Positions 25,702 through 38,748 of a stretch of 64,000 nucleotides of DNA are shown here, in pieces; the first letter of the stretch is position 1, and each line of letters starts with the position of its first letter. Source of the stretch: Felis catus (Eukaryota); NCBI RefSeq assembly GCF_018350175.1, contig NC_058368.1, positions 74,898,001-74,962,000 of the forward strand. The letters are read 5' to 3'. The notes under the pieces are model-generated. The model saw only the letters and a list, made by a program, of their open reading frames with translations, was not told the origin of the DNA and ran no database searches. A program made the translations under genes and the position numbers.

Positions 25702-28179
25702 AAAAGTATGTTGATTAGTTTCAAATGCATTTAATAGAATGTCACAAAATAAAATATATAAAATTATAAAGTCACATGTCAGCAGATCGATGCCTTTCTG
25801 TCCTCTCAAAAAATATCTAAGGCAGTTTTGCAAGTAGATCAAGGCTTGTAAACTAAATACAGACAATGGCTAAAATGTCAGAAAGTTCATGGAAATAAAG
25901 GGGCACAGGGGATAAGTTGACATGTTCCATCCTGAATTGCCGATTTGAGACAGCAATAGAAAGGAGAGAAAATAAGGAGCCCCCGGGGGCAGAGGTTTCT
26001 GGCAGAGAGTTTTCAGAGGAAAGTGTAGAGATCAGAGAAGTAGGCTCCAAAGCAGCTATTATGGTCATTTAGAAGACAAATGAATGAAAACAATTATTTT
26101 TTTAAGTCAAACAAAGTACACTCTCATTGTATCATGGATACAGTTCCCTAAATGTTTCTATACTTTTCAACACTTCTTGGGAATGTAGCCTTGTCACAGA
26201 TGAATTACAACATAGGAGCAGGAACCCAATGTTATTTTGATTATGTATTTATAGCTAGATCTAGTTGATAGTATTAACATAAGGTTAGCTATCTTCCCTC
26301 CAAAGAGGCTCCACTGGAATGCATGTGAATTTTTAAAATTCCATTTATTCAAAATAATTAATATGAATTTACCAAAATCTAATACGTATACATACATACA
26401 TACATACATACATGCATGCATACACATTAAATAATTTCAGGTCACACATAAAAAGAGAAATGGAAAATAGCAGTAAATTAACGGGGAGAAATTCCTAGCA
26501 CACAGCAATAGTGTGGTGCTTTATTCTAACTGAATGGAGCCAGGTGAACAATCTAAAGAATGGTGTCATGACCAAATTGATCCACATTGAAGAAAAGAGA
26601 AATTTATTAGAGCTCAGGGAGGTCGATGCTAGACTTTATATTCTTCCCTATTTTTTAATTCCAAAGCCAGCAAAGGGGGATTTAGAAGCAGGCATCTTGG
26701 AGACTTTTTCCCTCCTATTATCAGTGGAGTATGGTTAATCCCTTAGAACAACACAAATAAGTTTGAAAGAACTACTTGGTTTTCTAACTCTTTCTGTGAC
26801 AGTAGACATTCTATTGTCTATTGACAAAAGTCTTTAATAACATTTATCTTTTGACCTTTTATCCATTTGCCCTTTGAGTTTCTTTGCACCAGCCCTGTGA
26901 ATCCATGTGCTACGGAACAATCTAGTAGGTATTTTCTCTGTAAATCAAAGCCACCGCGAAACAGCTTGCCTCTCTACAAGACTGTACTTTTTCTGCGAGC
27001 TTCTACAGACAACAGGCAAGTGTAAAGATGTAAGTGTGCATTGTAGAGTCAGGGTGTTTCTTCTTCATTATTTTTCCCTTTTTAGTCACTTATATTTGAA
27101 GAACATCCACATCATCTCAGAACATAGAGCTGTGTATCGAATCACTCGGTATGCAGTTTACATTTACGCTCAAGAAGGTGGGAGAAATTTACTCTTTCAC
27201 TTAACTAACAAGCAAATTTAAAAGAGACTGTATTAAGTGGAATGAGCATAAACTGTTAATATGTTTCTCTTTTTCTTTTTATTATTCTGTCAAAAGGATA
27301 GAAAAAACCCAGATGCAGTACTGGCTTATTTCCAAACTCTGTCATCAGATTAGTATTCAACTTAATGTTCAGGGGTTTAGCCATTATAATTAATCATCCC
27401 CTAAGTGCAGAAAGATACTTAATACTCTGTCCCTACTCATTATTTAGATTTTTAGTTCTGTAGTGAAGGGCCTCAGAAAAAGATTAATTAAGTCAAACAC
27501 TTTGGGGTTATTCTTCCATCATTGTGCAGAGGATTTACATACATAACTGGCATTAGTTTTGGTGAATATTCCTCCCATAATTCCCTAGAATATCAATGAA
27601 ACCAATGACTGCCTAAGTGAGTTTGTCTAGCAACAAAATACACGCCCGAATTACCCTAATGAGTGTTTCTGATATTCTGCTTTTATTATTTACCTTTTTT
27701 TTTGTACTGAAGTAATAACCAAACAGTTTTCACAATTAAGGCAGGATTTCATTTTAGGAACACTGAGAACATATTTTAGCTTGGAAAATGACTAACTCTA
27801 TAACCAACTTACTTCCATATATCGCTGAATCTCAATTTGCTCAGCTAAAAAAAATGATGGGCTAAAATTATAATCTCTAAAATTGTTTGTAATTTAAAAA
27901 TACCATATTTTGCTATGTAACGTATTTAGATCTAAAATGAACCTTATATATTAGAAATTCAGAAATCAGGAATTTGTTACTTGGCATGAAACAAACAGAT
28001 TACCGATTTTAATTTTGCAAGTGCAGATTGCAAAAACAAAATCTGTCCTTCCATGTGAAAAGGCAAATCTTTTGTCAATGTTTCATTTTCCATTTATGAA
28101 ATGTAGCCTTACATTGAAATGACACAGAGACCGTCTCACCAAGAAGGGAAGGATCCATGCTATGATTTGAGACCTCAAA

Positions 28180-29379
28180 TTTTCAAAGCAAACTTGAGAA
28201 AGAAGAACAAAGCTGGGAATATCACACTTTCTGATTTCAAATATATTAAAAAGCTGTAGTAATTAAAACAGTATAGCACTGACATAAAAACAGATACATA
28301 GATCAATGGAAGAGAATAGACGGCCCAGAAATAAACTTCATATAGTGATCAATTCACATAATATCAATTATTTTCAACTAAAGTGCCAAGAATACTCAAT
28401 GGGAAAAGGATAGTCTCTTCAACAAATGATGTGCAGAAAATTGGATATCCACATGCAAAATAATGAAATTAGACCTTTGTCTTACACTATACACAAAAAT
28501 AAACTGAAAGTGGGTCAAAGACCTAAAGATAACTAGAACTTAAACTGTAAAACTATTAGGAAAAAACCTAGGGGGAAAAGCTTCATGACATTGGTCTTAG
28601 CAAGGACTTCTTGGATGTGGCATCAAAGGAAAAGCAAAAGTAGACCAAAAGGATCACATCAAACAAACAAAGAAAAACTTGTGCACAGCACAGGAAATAA
28701 TCAACAAGTTGAAAAAAACAACATAGGATTGGAAAAATATTTGTAAACCATATATCTGCTAAGCAGTTAATTTGCACAATATATAAGGAATCCTACAGTA
28801 GCAAATAAAGAACCCTGTTAAAATGGGTAGAAGACTTGAATAGACATTTCTCTAACACAGATATACACATAGCCGAAGGTATATGAAAAGATGCTCAACA
28901 TCACTAATCCACAGGGAAATGTTCAATGAGATATCACTTCACAGCCAACAGCTGTGGCAATTTTCCAAAATCCAAAATATGTATATGTATGTTATACATA
29001 TACATATATGTATAAATCTGTATATGTATATTTATCTATACCTGATATATATAAATATATATATATAATATATATATAACATAAATATATATATAACAAA
29101 TATATATACAATATATATATACATATATATTGTATATATATACAATATATAAATATATATATAACAAATATACAATATATATATTTGTTATATATATAAT
29201 AAATATATATGCATATATAACATTGTTATATATATAACTATATATATAAAATATATATACATATATATATTTTGTATATATATATTTTATATATATATAT
29301 ATATCAGAAGGAGGATGTTGAAAAATTAGAACACATGTGCATTGTTGGTGGGACTGCAAAATGGTGCAGCCACCATTTA

Positions 29380-29417
<38 letters not shown>

Positions 29418-30128
29418 TAGAGGTCACTGAAAAATTAAAAACAGATCTAGCATATGATCCAGAAATCCCACTTTTGGGTATATATCCAAAATAATTGAAA
29501 TCAGTTCCAAAGAGATATCTTCACTATGATGTTTATTACTCCTACGCAAATAATGCTGTAATAAACATGGAAATGCAGATATCTCTTTGACATTCTGATT
29601 TCAATTCTTGTATATGTGTATGTGTGTATAAATATGTGTATATTTTATTATGTATAAATATATATTATATATTTATTATATATACATTTTATTATATATA
29701 TTATATGTATTTATATGCACACGTATATATGCATATAATCACATTTGTACACATATGCACACACACACACTGGAATATTATTTGGCCTTTAAAAAGACAG
29801 AAATCCTGTCCTATGCAACAGCAGGGACAAATCTGGAGGACATTATGTGAAGTAAAATAAGCCAGTTACAAAATGGTAAGTATTGCATGGTCCCACTTAC
29901 AAGGGATATCTAAAACAGTCAACCTCATAGAAAGAGAGCAAAATGGCGGTTGTCAGGGGAGGGGAAGTGGGGAGTAGTTAGTTCAATGCATGTAAAGTTT
30001 CAATTATGTGAGATGAATACATTCTTTTGATCTGCTCCATGACAGTTGCCGTTGTCTTGTGTACTGGGAAATGCGTTCAGAGGGTCGATCTTGTGTTAAC
30101 GATCCTTACCACAATAAAAAAAAAAAAT
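28180..30128 (+). mobile_element. L1 ORF2 3' part plus 3'UTR and poly-A (L1MA/L1MB-type)
   Basis: aagaacaaagctgg...tagtctcttcaacaaatg, aaaagatgctcaacatcactaatc, 3'UTR ending cttaccacaataaaaaaa. Confidence 0.92.
28980..29303. repeat. Degenerate (TA)n expansion inside L1
   Basis: Seen directly; further TA-rich tracts at 29382-29413 and 29610-29770. Confidence 0.95.
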
Positions 30129-30621
30129 CACAAGTAAGAGGCACAAACAGCTTAACTAACATTCTAACATTCTAGTTCTGTATTCCTAATGTTTCTCTGT
30201 TATCATATTATTTTTTTCAATGTAGTTCTTCATCCAGAATAGTAATTCTCCTTATACTCTAGGACTTATATCAAGTCACTCAATGAAACAAACTCAGTCT
30301 GCAAAACTCATACCATAAGAGAAGCTGACACTCACATATATTTTTCCTTCTATACCTTTATTCACCTCTATGGACACCATTTATTAAAGCATAAAACATA
30401 CATGGGATTGAAAATGTTTAGATTTTACAGCTGTGTCTGTATTTTCAACCGGATGCGTGCCTTTTTTTAAGCTTCTAAAGGGAATGCCAGCTATGGTTCA
30501 CTCTTGAGTTGTTAAATCAAAAATCAAAATATAAATCAATATTATGTTAAATATGTTAACTTTTAAACTGTACGTAGATGAAATAAAATGTTATTTTTAT
30601 TTGTCTTCAACTCAAATTTGT

Positions 30622-30823
30622 ATTTTTTAAGGTTTATTTATACTGAGAGAGAGAGAGAGAACCGGGAGGGAGTAGAGAGAGAGGGAGAGAGAATCCGAAG
30701 CCGACTTTGTGCTGTCAGTGCAGAGTCAGATGAGGGGTTCGAACTATGAACTGTGAAATCATAACCTGAGCTGAAAGAAATCAAGAGTTCGATGCTTAAC
30801 TGAATGAGCCATGCAGGCACTCC
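30622..30823 (-). mobile_element. Can-SINE (older)
   Basis: Tail, (GA)n and degenerate head. Confidence 0.9.
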
Positions 30824-31021
30824 TCAATTCAATTTTTTAAATGTTAGGTTCTTAATTCACCCTAGTCTGTCTAGAAACATCACTTTTGCCTATATCACTA
30901 AAGATCCTGGATAACTCTCTCAAATGGAGTTTTTCCCAAGTAGAAAATCACGGTTAAGGAACTTATTAGACAAACTGCAGATGTGGGTGGTTATGTACTT
31001 AGTGTATATTTTTCTTTCCCT

Positions 31022-31242
31022 TTTTTTTAAAATTTATTTTTAACATTTATTTATTTTTGAGAGACAAAGAGAGAGAACAAGAAGGGGAGGGGCAGAGAGA
31101 GAGGGAGACACAGAAACTGAAGCAGGATCCAGGCTCTGAGCTGTCAGCACAGAGCCTGATGTGGGGTTCGAACTCATAAGCCAGGAGATCATGACCTGAG
31201 CCAAAGTCGGACACCTAACCAACTGAGCCAGCCAGGGGCCCC
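31022..31242 (-). mobile_element. Can-SINE
   Basis: Reverse-complement consensus. Confidence 0.94.
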
Positions 31243-31325
31243 AAATGTGCATGTTTTTCTACTTAGCTACAGTGTAAGCATTTGGATGCTGTGACCAAAT
31301 GTTACATTTCTTAGATCTTCTACTG

Positions 31326-31530
31326 CAGGAGTTGGCCAATGTTTTTTTAGTACGGGGATCAATAATTAATATTTCCATATCATCTCTGCCGCAATAACTG
31401 TTTCTGCCATTTTAGAGCAAAAGCACTACAGACCATATACATTAACAAGTGAATGTGACCATGTTCCAGTAAAGTTTTATCTACAAAAGGAAGTCACTTT
31501 GGTCTGTGAACAATTGTTTATTGATTCTTT
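31326..31530. mobile_element. MER58A-like hAT-Charlie relic
   Basis: caggagttggccaa...ctgccattttagagcaaaagc...tgttccagtaaagttttatctacaaaa. Confidence 0.7.
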
Positions 31531-31593
31531 CTTATGAGCATACAGTAATTCATGACAGAAATGGACTTAACCACAAAATCAGCATAAAGTCTT

Positions 31594-31662
31594 TTATTTA
31601 AAAATTTAAAATATTTATTTATATTTCAAGGAGAGAGAAACAGAGCGTGAATGGGGAAGGGC

Positions 31663-31693
<31 letters not shown>

Positions 31694-31806
31694 ATCCGAA
31701 GCGGGCTTCAGGTTCCAAACGGTCAGCAGGACTTGAACTCTCCAGCCGTGAGATCGCGACCTGAGCCGAAGTCAGACACCCAAACGACTGAGACACCCAG
31801 GCGCCC
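31594..31806 (-). mobile_element. Can-SINE with small internal deletion
   Basis: TSD aaaatcagcataa(a/g)gtctt at 31575-31593 and 31809-31827. Confidence 0.94.
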
Positions 31807-32220
31807 TGAAAATCAGCATAAGGTCTTACTTGCGTTTTGACATTTTTTTCTGCAACATTGTTTTTCGACCTTGTTATTGTTGATATTCTAAGCTGTCCTA
31901 TTGGCATTTAAAGCCATGCAGACCCTGTCAACAAAATTTTATATATAAGCTAATGTCTGTCATACAAAAACACAAACCTGTAGGATAAAAACCCAGAACG
32001 CCTATGGTAGTAGCAGAATCTTGGAGCACAATACTTCCATTTTGTTTGTTTCCATTTTCCCAAACTACTCATCTATATTACGTTTCATTTGATAACAAAA
32101 ATCCTCATTTTAATAATACAATAGATGAGATTGTACTACATGGATCAGTTATGCATGAAAGTTAATACAGATATTCATGGCTCGTTACTCGGAAAACAAA
32201 CCTTAAAAATACGCAAAAGA

Positions 32221-32424
32221 GGGGCGCCTGGGTGGCGCAGTCGGTTAAGCGTCCGACTTCAGCCAGGTCACGCACGATCTCGCGGTCCGTGAGTTCGAGC
32301 CCCGCATCAGGCTCTGGGCTGATGGCTCGGAGCCTGGAGCCTGTTTCCGATTCTGTGTCTCCCTCTCTCTCTGCCCCTCCCCCGTTCATGCTCTGTCTCT
32401 CTCTGTCCCAAAAATAAATAAAAA
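32221..32424 (+). mobile_element. Young feline Can-SINE
   Basis: CpG-rich; TSD aaaaata(c/t)gcaaaaga. Confidence 0.97.
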
Positions 32425-34544
32425 AAAAATATGCAAAAGAATAAGAAAAATACCGGTTGTGTTAAAAAATGATGCACTGTGCAATTATTTTAGCTGATCT
32501 CGTTCCAGTCTGTGGTATCATATCACAATAATCCTAGGACTTTAATCATTTTTATCAGTTGAAAACTTGTTCCGATTTTCAGCATGCCTGCAACACTATT
32601 TGAAGATATTTGTAAGATCACACAGTAGCCTGTGCTTCTGGGTCCTTAATTCTATAGCTTGAAAGGCATTTTTATTGTTTTTATTGTGCAAAACAGCCTC
32701 TATGGAATACTGATTTGGCCTTCATTTATGAATTATTTGGTTAGATCAATTGGAACTCAAAAAGTTACATCAGAAAATATTACTGTAAAATAATATAAAC
32801 AATAAGCTGAAATACATTTTTAAATGTTTTTCTATACCATTGTAATTTTCAGTGTATTAGAGATATAATTATGGAGTGAGGAGTCTGTGCTTTGAAAAAA
32901 ATATGTCTACATGTTCTTATTTTTATTTTTGGATGTTTACTCGTATATGTATGCCATCATTTCAAAATATTTGTACTGGATATTGATTGCTAGCTTGGAA
33001 TTCAAATTTTTAAGGAGAATGTCATAAGGAAACTTCCCGATTCTAAGAAAAGCATCTCTTTCTTTAATAGAAGGAGGATGGGTCTACCTATCTCTTTTCA
33101 TTCTCCAAGATTTTTTTTTCAGGACGCTAGAAAATAAATCCGGGAATTAACATAAGCTACTACCTATGGTCATTTCAGCACTTGCCTTACGTAAGAATTC
33201 AACCTGTGTGGATTTCAATGGCAAAATGAATTATAAGAATATAGCAATACGAATTTGATTAGCATAAAAGCGTTGAAATATTACTGAGAATCCAGATGCC
33301 GCTCTCACTTTACCTCTTGCCTCTGTTTGTTTTTCCTCCTGCATGTGTCTCCAGCCACTGCCTTCTCCTTGTTCACTGGCAATCTGAGATCTCTTCTGTT
33401 TGTTGTTTAAATGATAAACGTGGTTACCAAGAGGGACCGTATTTACCTGTCCTCAGTTTCAGCCGCTCAGAAGGATACTGATTCAGAAGCTCAGGTACAC
33501 ATGCAGATGATCTCAGCTTGTGTCACTTCTGTACTAATCAGCTGTAGACTGTGTGGGGACGTGACAAAGGTCACCTGGTTCTCATATACACATGGATCAA
33601 GGAAGGTGGCTAGTCACCAGATACGGTGCGTGGCAAAAGAATGGTTTGTGCAAACAGATAAAAACAAAACGGAAGAAATGACAAGTGTTCCCTCATACAG
33701 CATGCATTCTTTAAAAAAAAAAATTAAATCTTTGAAAACTCAAAAACAAAAATATAAGTTAAAAACCATAATTGCCTCCTGGAAGTACAGCTCGATAGCT
33801 TATGTATTGGGTAAAGAAACAGCCTGTTTCACCATAGAATTTACTGAGGAATTCTATGACGACCTTTGCAGACTCCTGAAAAATGATGGTATAGCTTTTC
33901 TCATCTGACTTTCTAGTGTTATGGATGATGTTACTGCATTTCTGAGCATGAGAAAACGTCTTTTCATTTCTGTGCGAAATCTCGTTTGTTAATACTACAC
34001 ATTTCTTTTAGTAAACCAAGTAGATATTTTTGTCATTGTTTTACTCACGTTTCTGCAATCATGTGTGCAAGTCGGGTTGCTGTTTCCTTCATCTCAGATC
34101 AGTGACAGGAGAGTATTTCCTAAAGGATTTCCCTGGAATATCGGACTCCTTGGGTCCGAGGTCGGTTTTAGTCGTCATCTTATGTAATCGCATTTGTTTC
34201 AGATAAACAGCTCCACTCCTGCCCCTCTTTTCTCACTTTGCTTTCGAGGTACCATTTTCACCTGTTTTCCTCTGGCTTTATGGCCCCTTCTTCCTCCATC
34301 CCCTGGTAACCTAGTTCCATCAGACACGGGATGTGGCTCCTGAGTTCTCATGTTTCTCTGCACTCGTCTTTGGTAAGACCACCCAGACTTTTGGTTTCAG
34401 CTCATTTAGATTAGAAAGTTCCAGAATTTGTGTGTCCCACCTGGTCCTGCCTTATGAACTGCCCCCTATATCTAAGACATCTGCTAGTATATAATGACAG
34501 TATATATTTTCTCTTTTCTTTATTCCCTCTGCATCTCGCTGAGG

Positions 34545-34880
34545 AATAGGGATGCTGAGCAATTTTTCAAATACCTGTTGGGCATTTGTATATCTTCGCT
34601 GAGAAAACGTCTACTTGTGCGCTTTGCCTATTTAACTGAGTTATTTCCCCCCCTTGAGTTGTAGGAGTTCCTTACGTGATTTGAATATTAACCCCTTATT
34701 AGATGTATGATTTAGAATAGTTTCTCTCATTCCACTGGTTGTCTCTTCGTTAATTGTTTCCTTGGCTGTGCAGATGCTTCTTAGTTGAATGTAATCCTAT
34801 TTGTCTACTTTTTGCGTTTATTGCCTGTATTTTTGGGGTCATGGCCAAAAAAACCATTGACCCGACCAACGTTAAGACGA
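34545..34880 (-). mobile_element. L1 ORF2 3' fragment
   Basis: gatgctgagcaatttttcaaatacctgttgggcatttgtatatcttc...aaccccttattagatgtatg. Confidence 0.85.
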
Positions 34881-35798
34881 ATCAACACGTTTTCCCCTGG
34901 GTTGTCTTCCAGTGGTTTTTTGGTTTTGATCCAACAGGGATGGCTCACATTTCCATTTCTTGTGTTATTCCATTGATTAAAACTTTCAGACAATGATAAG
35001 CAATAATGCCAATGACAGGAATATTGACTTCCTCCTGGTATGTCACAGACAAGGAAATAGAGGGGCAGACAGCTGAATTAGTTTTTCATGACCACACTGC
35101 CTGTTTGTCACCAGCCAAGAATGAAATCTTGCTTATTGAGCTCCAAACTGCTCTAACTGTAACAAACTCTTTTTTTTCCTTCTTTTGTACGATGCGCTTC
35201 TTGTAACGGGTTACAGACTATGAAACTCACAAGAATTCCTGTTTCATTTCCAAGAAAGAGTAAAGGAGCTTTTGGTAAAATTATGTGACAGTTTCACATT
35301 TTCCTATGATCGTGAACTTCCAGGCAAGTATAGAATTCCTCTCACGGTCGACGTGTACATTATCTCTGTTTATTTGGTTTAAGCTCCTATTTTAAAATGA
35401 GACAAATAGTACCAAACATGTATCCCTTATGCAAGTAAGTGTTACAATCCTAGCTCCATTCTGCCTTTGAAATGTTATTTCAGATAAAAAAAATAGATTA
35501 TTGTTTTGCAGGGAGCAATTACCCCCCTGAATGGCTTCTCTAACCCCGGTGAGCCTGCCTTACACAACGTGAGGAGGAAAATGAGAAAACTCACCATTTG
35601 AGCGAGTGAAGCTTCTATACAAACATCTTACTTACTGATGGTTAAGTTGTGGTTTTGATCTCATCGTTTCTTCCCATGTCAGATAAGACAATAGAACCTA
35701 TTTTGTTTTTGAGGCTTTAACATATCATGAAGACACGGACATCTATTTCACTTATAAGACAATATAATCTAGTTTTCATGATACTTTAAAAGTAAGTA

Positions 35799-36008
35799 GG
35801 GGCGCCTGGGTGGCGCAGTCGGTTAAGCGTCGGACTTCAGCCAGGTCACGATCTCGCGGTCCGTGAGTTCGAGCCCCGCGTCAGGCTCTGGGCTGATGGC
35901 TCGGAGCCTGGAGCCTGTTTCCGATTCTGTGTCTCCCCCTCTCTCTGCCCCTCCCCCGTTCATGCTCTGTCTCTCTCTGTCCCCAAAATAAATAAACGTT
36001 AAAAAAAA
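35799..36008 (+). mobile_element. Young feline Can-SINE
   Basis: TSD tttaaaagtaagta at 35785-35798 and about 36009-36022. Confidence 0.97.
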
Positions 36009-36544
36009 TTTAAAAGTAAGTAAATTAAGTGGAAGTCAATATGATTAAGCACAAGTCCCAGCATAGTGGCTGACAAATGTTAGACTTCCAATAAATTTTA
36101 ATTCCTTTATTTCCTTTCTTTTGAAACTTATACAAGATTTTTAAAAGAAGAAAATCATTTTTTTTTTAATCATTCTGTATCCTGAAAGGTCACAGATAGT
36201 TAAGATTTCCACTTGGCTGGAAGTTTTTGAAGATGGAGAATTGAACAAACTTATGTTCTCAGTTTGTATCTATAGGTCCAAAGAGCTTGGGAGGATTTAC
36301 TTTCTAAATAGTTTTAATCTCTGATTGAGGAATACAAATCACAATGAAGATGCAGAGGATAAACTGCCCTTTACTTCAAATCCCTCAAGCTCTCAGTAAG
36401 CACTGTTCTCAGGGGAAAATGTGGAATTATTCACGTGAAAATCGATTTGGTAACGCCCGTGTGAGACTTTTTTTTTTTTCCAGAAAATAAGAGTCATATT
36501 TGAAAATATAAGTTAGGTTTTGAGCTCCAGGAAATTTGTTTATT

Positions 36545-37019
36545 TGTTTAGTTGCTTTTTTATTGAAGTATAGATGACACACAGTTTTATATTCGTTTCT
36601 GATTTACAACATAGTGACTTGATAATTCTGTACATTACACATTGCTCACGGCCACATGTATAGTGACCGTCACCATACAAAGTTATTAGAGTGTTACTGG
36701 CTACATTCCCTGTGCTGTGCTTTTCGTGCCCATGACTTATTTATTTTATAACTAGAAGTTTATACCTCTTAATCCCCTTCACCTGTTTTTTTCCAGCAAA
36801 GCAGTCACTATGGAAAACCAAAAAAAAAAAAAAAATCCTCAAAAAATTAACAATAGAAAGACCATATGACCCAGTACTGTCACTGCTAGGTATATACCCA
36901 AAGAAAATAGAAGCACTAATTCAAAAATATATACAAACCTCTAGGTGTATCACAAGATTATTCACAATACCCAAGATATGGAAGCAACCTGAGTGTCCAA
37001 AGATGAATGGATAAAGAAG

Positions 37020-37056
<37 letters not shown>

Positions 37057-37088
37057 TGCATGTGAGTCTATAATGGAATTTTACTCAG
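36545..37088 (-). mobile_element. 5'-truncated L1 with 5' inversion
   Basis: Antisense 3'UTR at about 36555-36793 joined to sense ORF2-end segment at about 36798-37088; TSD-like caggaaatttgttt / caggaaaaatgttt. Confidence 0.8.
37021..37065. repeat. (TG)n microsatellite within L1
   Basis: Seen directly. Confidence 0.95.
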
Positions 37089-37183
37089 GAAAAATGTTTT
37101 AAACCACTTTATGAAAATATTTAGCTAAACGCATGTTATATTTATTACTAGAACTCTTGTGTTGAATGCTACATGAACTACTT

Positions 37184-37192
<9 letters not shown>

Positions 37193-37218
<26 letters not shown>
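37193..37218. repeat. (CA)n microsatellite
   Basis: Seen directly. Confidence 0.96.
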
Positions 37219-37219
<1 letters not shown>

Positions 37220-38321
37220 AAGTATATATATCATATAAGATATGAGTAAAGAGAAACCGTAAATGAGTTTGTAAATTGCCATATACTGTGCCAGAAATTA
37301 TGGAGTGTACAAATTACTGTAGTAAAACCAAAATTACTTTTCATAAAACTGGGCACATTTTGAAATAGATCCTATTAATTAGTTAAACCAAACAAACAAT
37401 TAGCTAGATGCACAGAGCTGTGTTTTACATTTTAATCATATATCCTATTTGACTGCATTAACTACTAAATTAAGTTAAAAATGGCTAGTTAGGAACACTA
37501 TGAAGATGTTGCAGTCCTTGTTAACTTGTTCAGGAGACTATGAGCCTGTATGGCCATGGGCTGTGGGGTGTCCTTGTAAAGGTTCAGAGGAAGGCCTCAG
37601 TGAGATAACGCATCTCACTAATGGTCTGGCTTCAGGAGACGTCAAATATAACCAGGTAGAAAATAAGGCATTAGAGCTACATTGACAGTTAAAAATCGTT
37701 TCCAGCAGGTAAAGATTTCCTTGGCAGAGTATTTATCATAGTATTTACTGCCACTCAAAAACGATCGTTTACTTCTTAGTTTATCACCAGTTAAGAAATG
37801 TAGAAATGGTTTGTAAATATTTGACATCTGGTAACATTCTTAATGAAATCCATACATAAACTTGAGTGTTCAAGAAAAACATGGGTTTAATTTTTTTAAA
37901 TTGCAAAAAAAAAAAATTCCTACCTCATCACTACAGGTGTTTGTTTTCAGTTTGCTAAGATATTTTCTTTTTTCTATTTGTCACTGGGATAGGAGGGGTG
38001 ACTGGGAATTTTCTGTCTTAAAGAAATAAAAAGGGCACCATTCTACAGTAAAATCAAACCAGTGGAACAGCTCTGTGGTTCACTCTGATGATGAGGACAG
38101 ACACGTCAATCTGATAACAATTATAAAGCGGAAAAGAGAATATATGAGGTAATTTGGTGATAAAGAATATGCTGTGTCATTTAGAATGTTTTGTGGAGAT
38201 CAAGGTAAGTTTTCAATTATGAGGGGTTAGTGTATGTGTTTGAGTATGTGGACAAACTTTTACAGAAGGATATGAAGATTTAAGTTTCAGAAAATAAGGC
38301 ATCTAAAATATAGATGCTTAT

Positions 38322-38488
38322 AAGAGACTCTTAAAAACTGAGAACAAACTGAGGGCTGATGGGGGTGGGAGGGAGGGGAGGGTGGGTGATGGGTATTGAG
38401 GAGGGCACCTGTCGGGATGAGCACTGGGTGTTGTGTGGAAACCAATTTGACAATAAATTTCTTATATTGAAAAAATAAATAAATAAAT
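38322..38488 (+). mobile_element. Young feline L1, extreme 5' truncation (3'UTR end only)
   Basis: G-rich L1 3'UTR nearly identical to 56495-56672; perfect 17-bp TSD aaaatatagatgcttat at 38305-38321 and 38489-38505. Confidence 0.95.
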
Positions 38489-38540
38489 AAAATATAGATG
38501 CTTATTCTCTTTTGTTAAATTAAGAAATATGTATTTTTAA

Positions 38541-38748
38541 TTTTTTAATGTTTCTTTGTTTTTGAGAGAGACAGACAGAGCATGAATAGGGGGAGGGGCA
38601 GAGAGAGAGGGAGACACAGAATCTGAATCAGGCTCCAGGCTCTGAGCTGTCAGGACAAAGCCTGACACGGGGCTCAAACTCACAAGCTGGGAGATCATGA
38701 CCTGAGCGGAAGTCAGATGCTTAACCGACTGAGCCACCCAGGAGTCCC
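38541..38748 (-). mobile_element. Can-SINE
   Basis: TSD aagaaatatgtattttt on both sides. Confidence 0.95.

Noticed and set aside
33411..33908. Longest ORF in the window (165 aa)
   Set aside because: No recognisable domain, crosses an A-run, no supporting splice structure.
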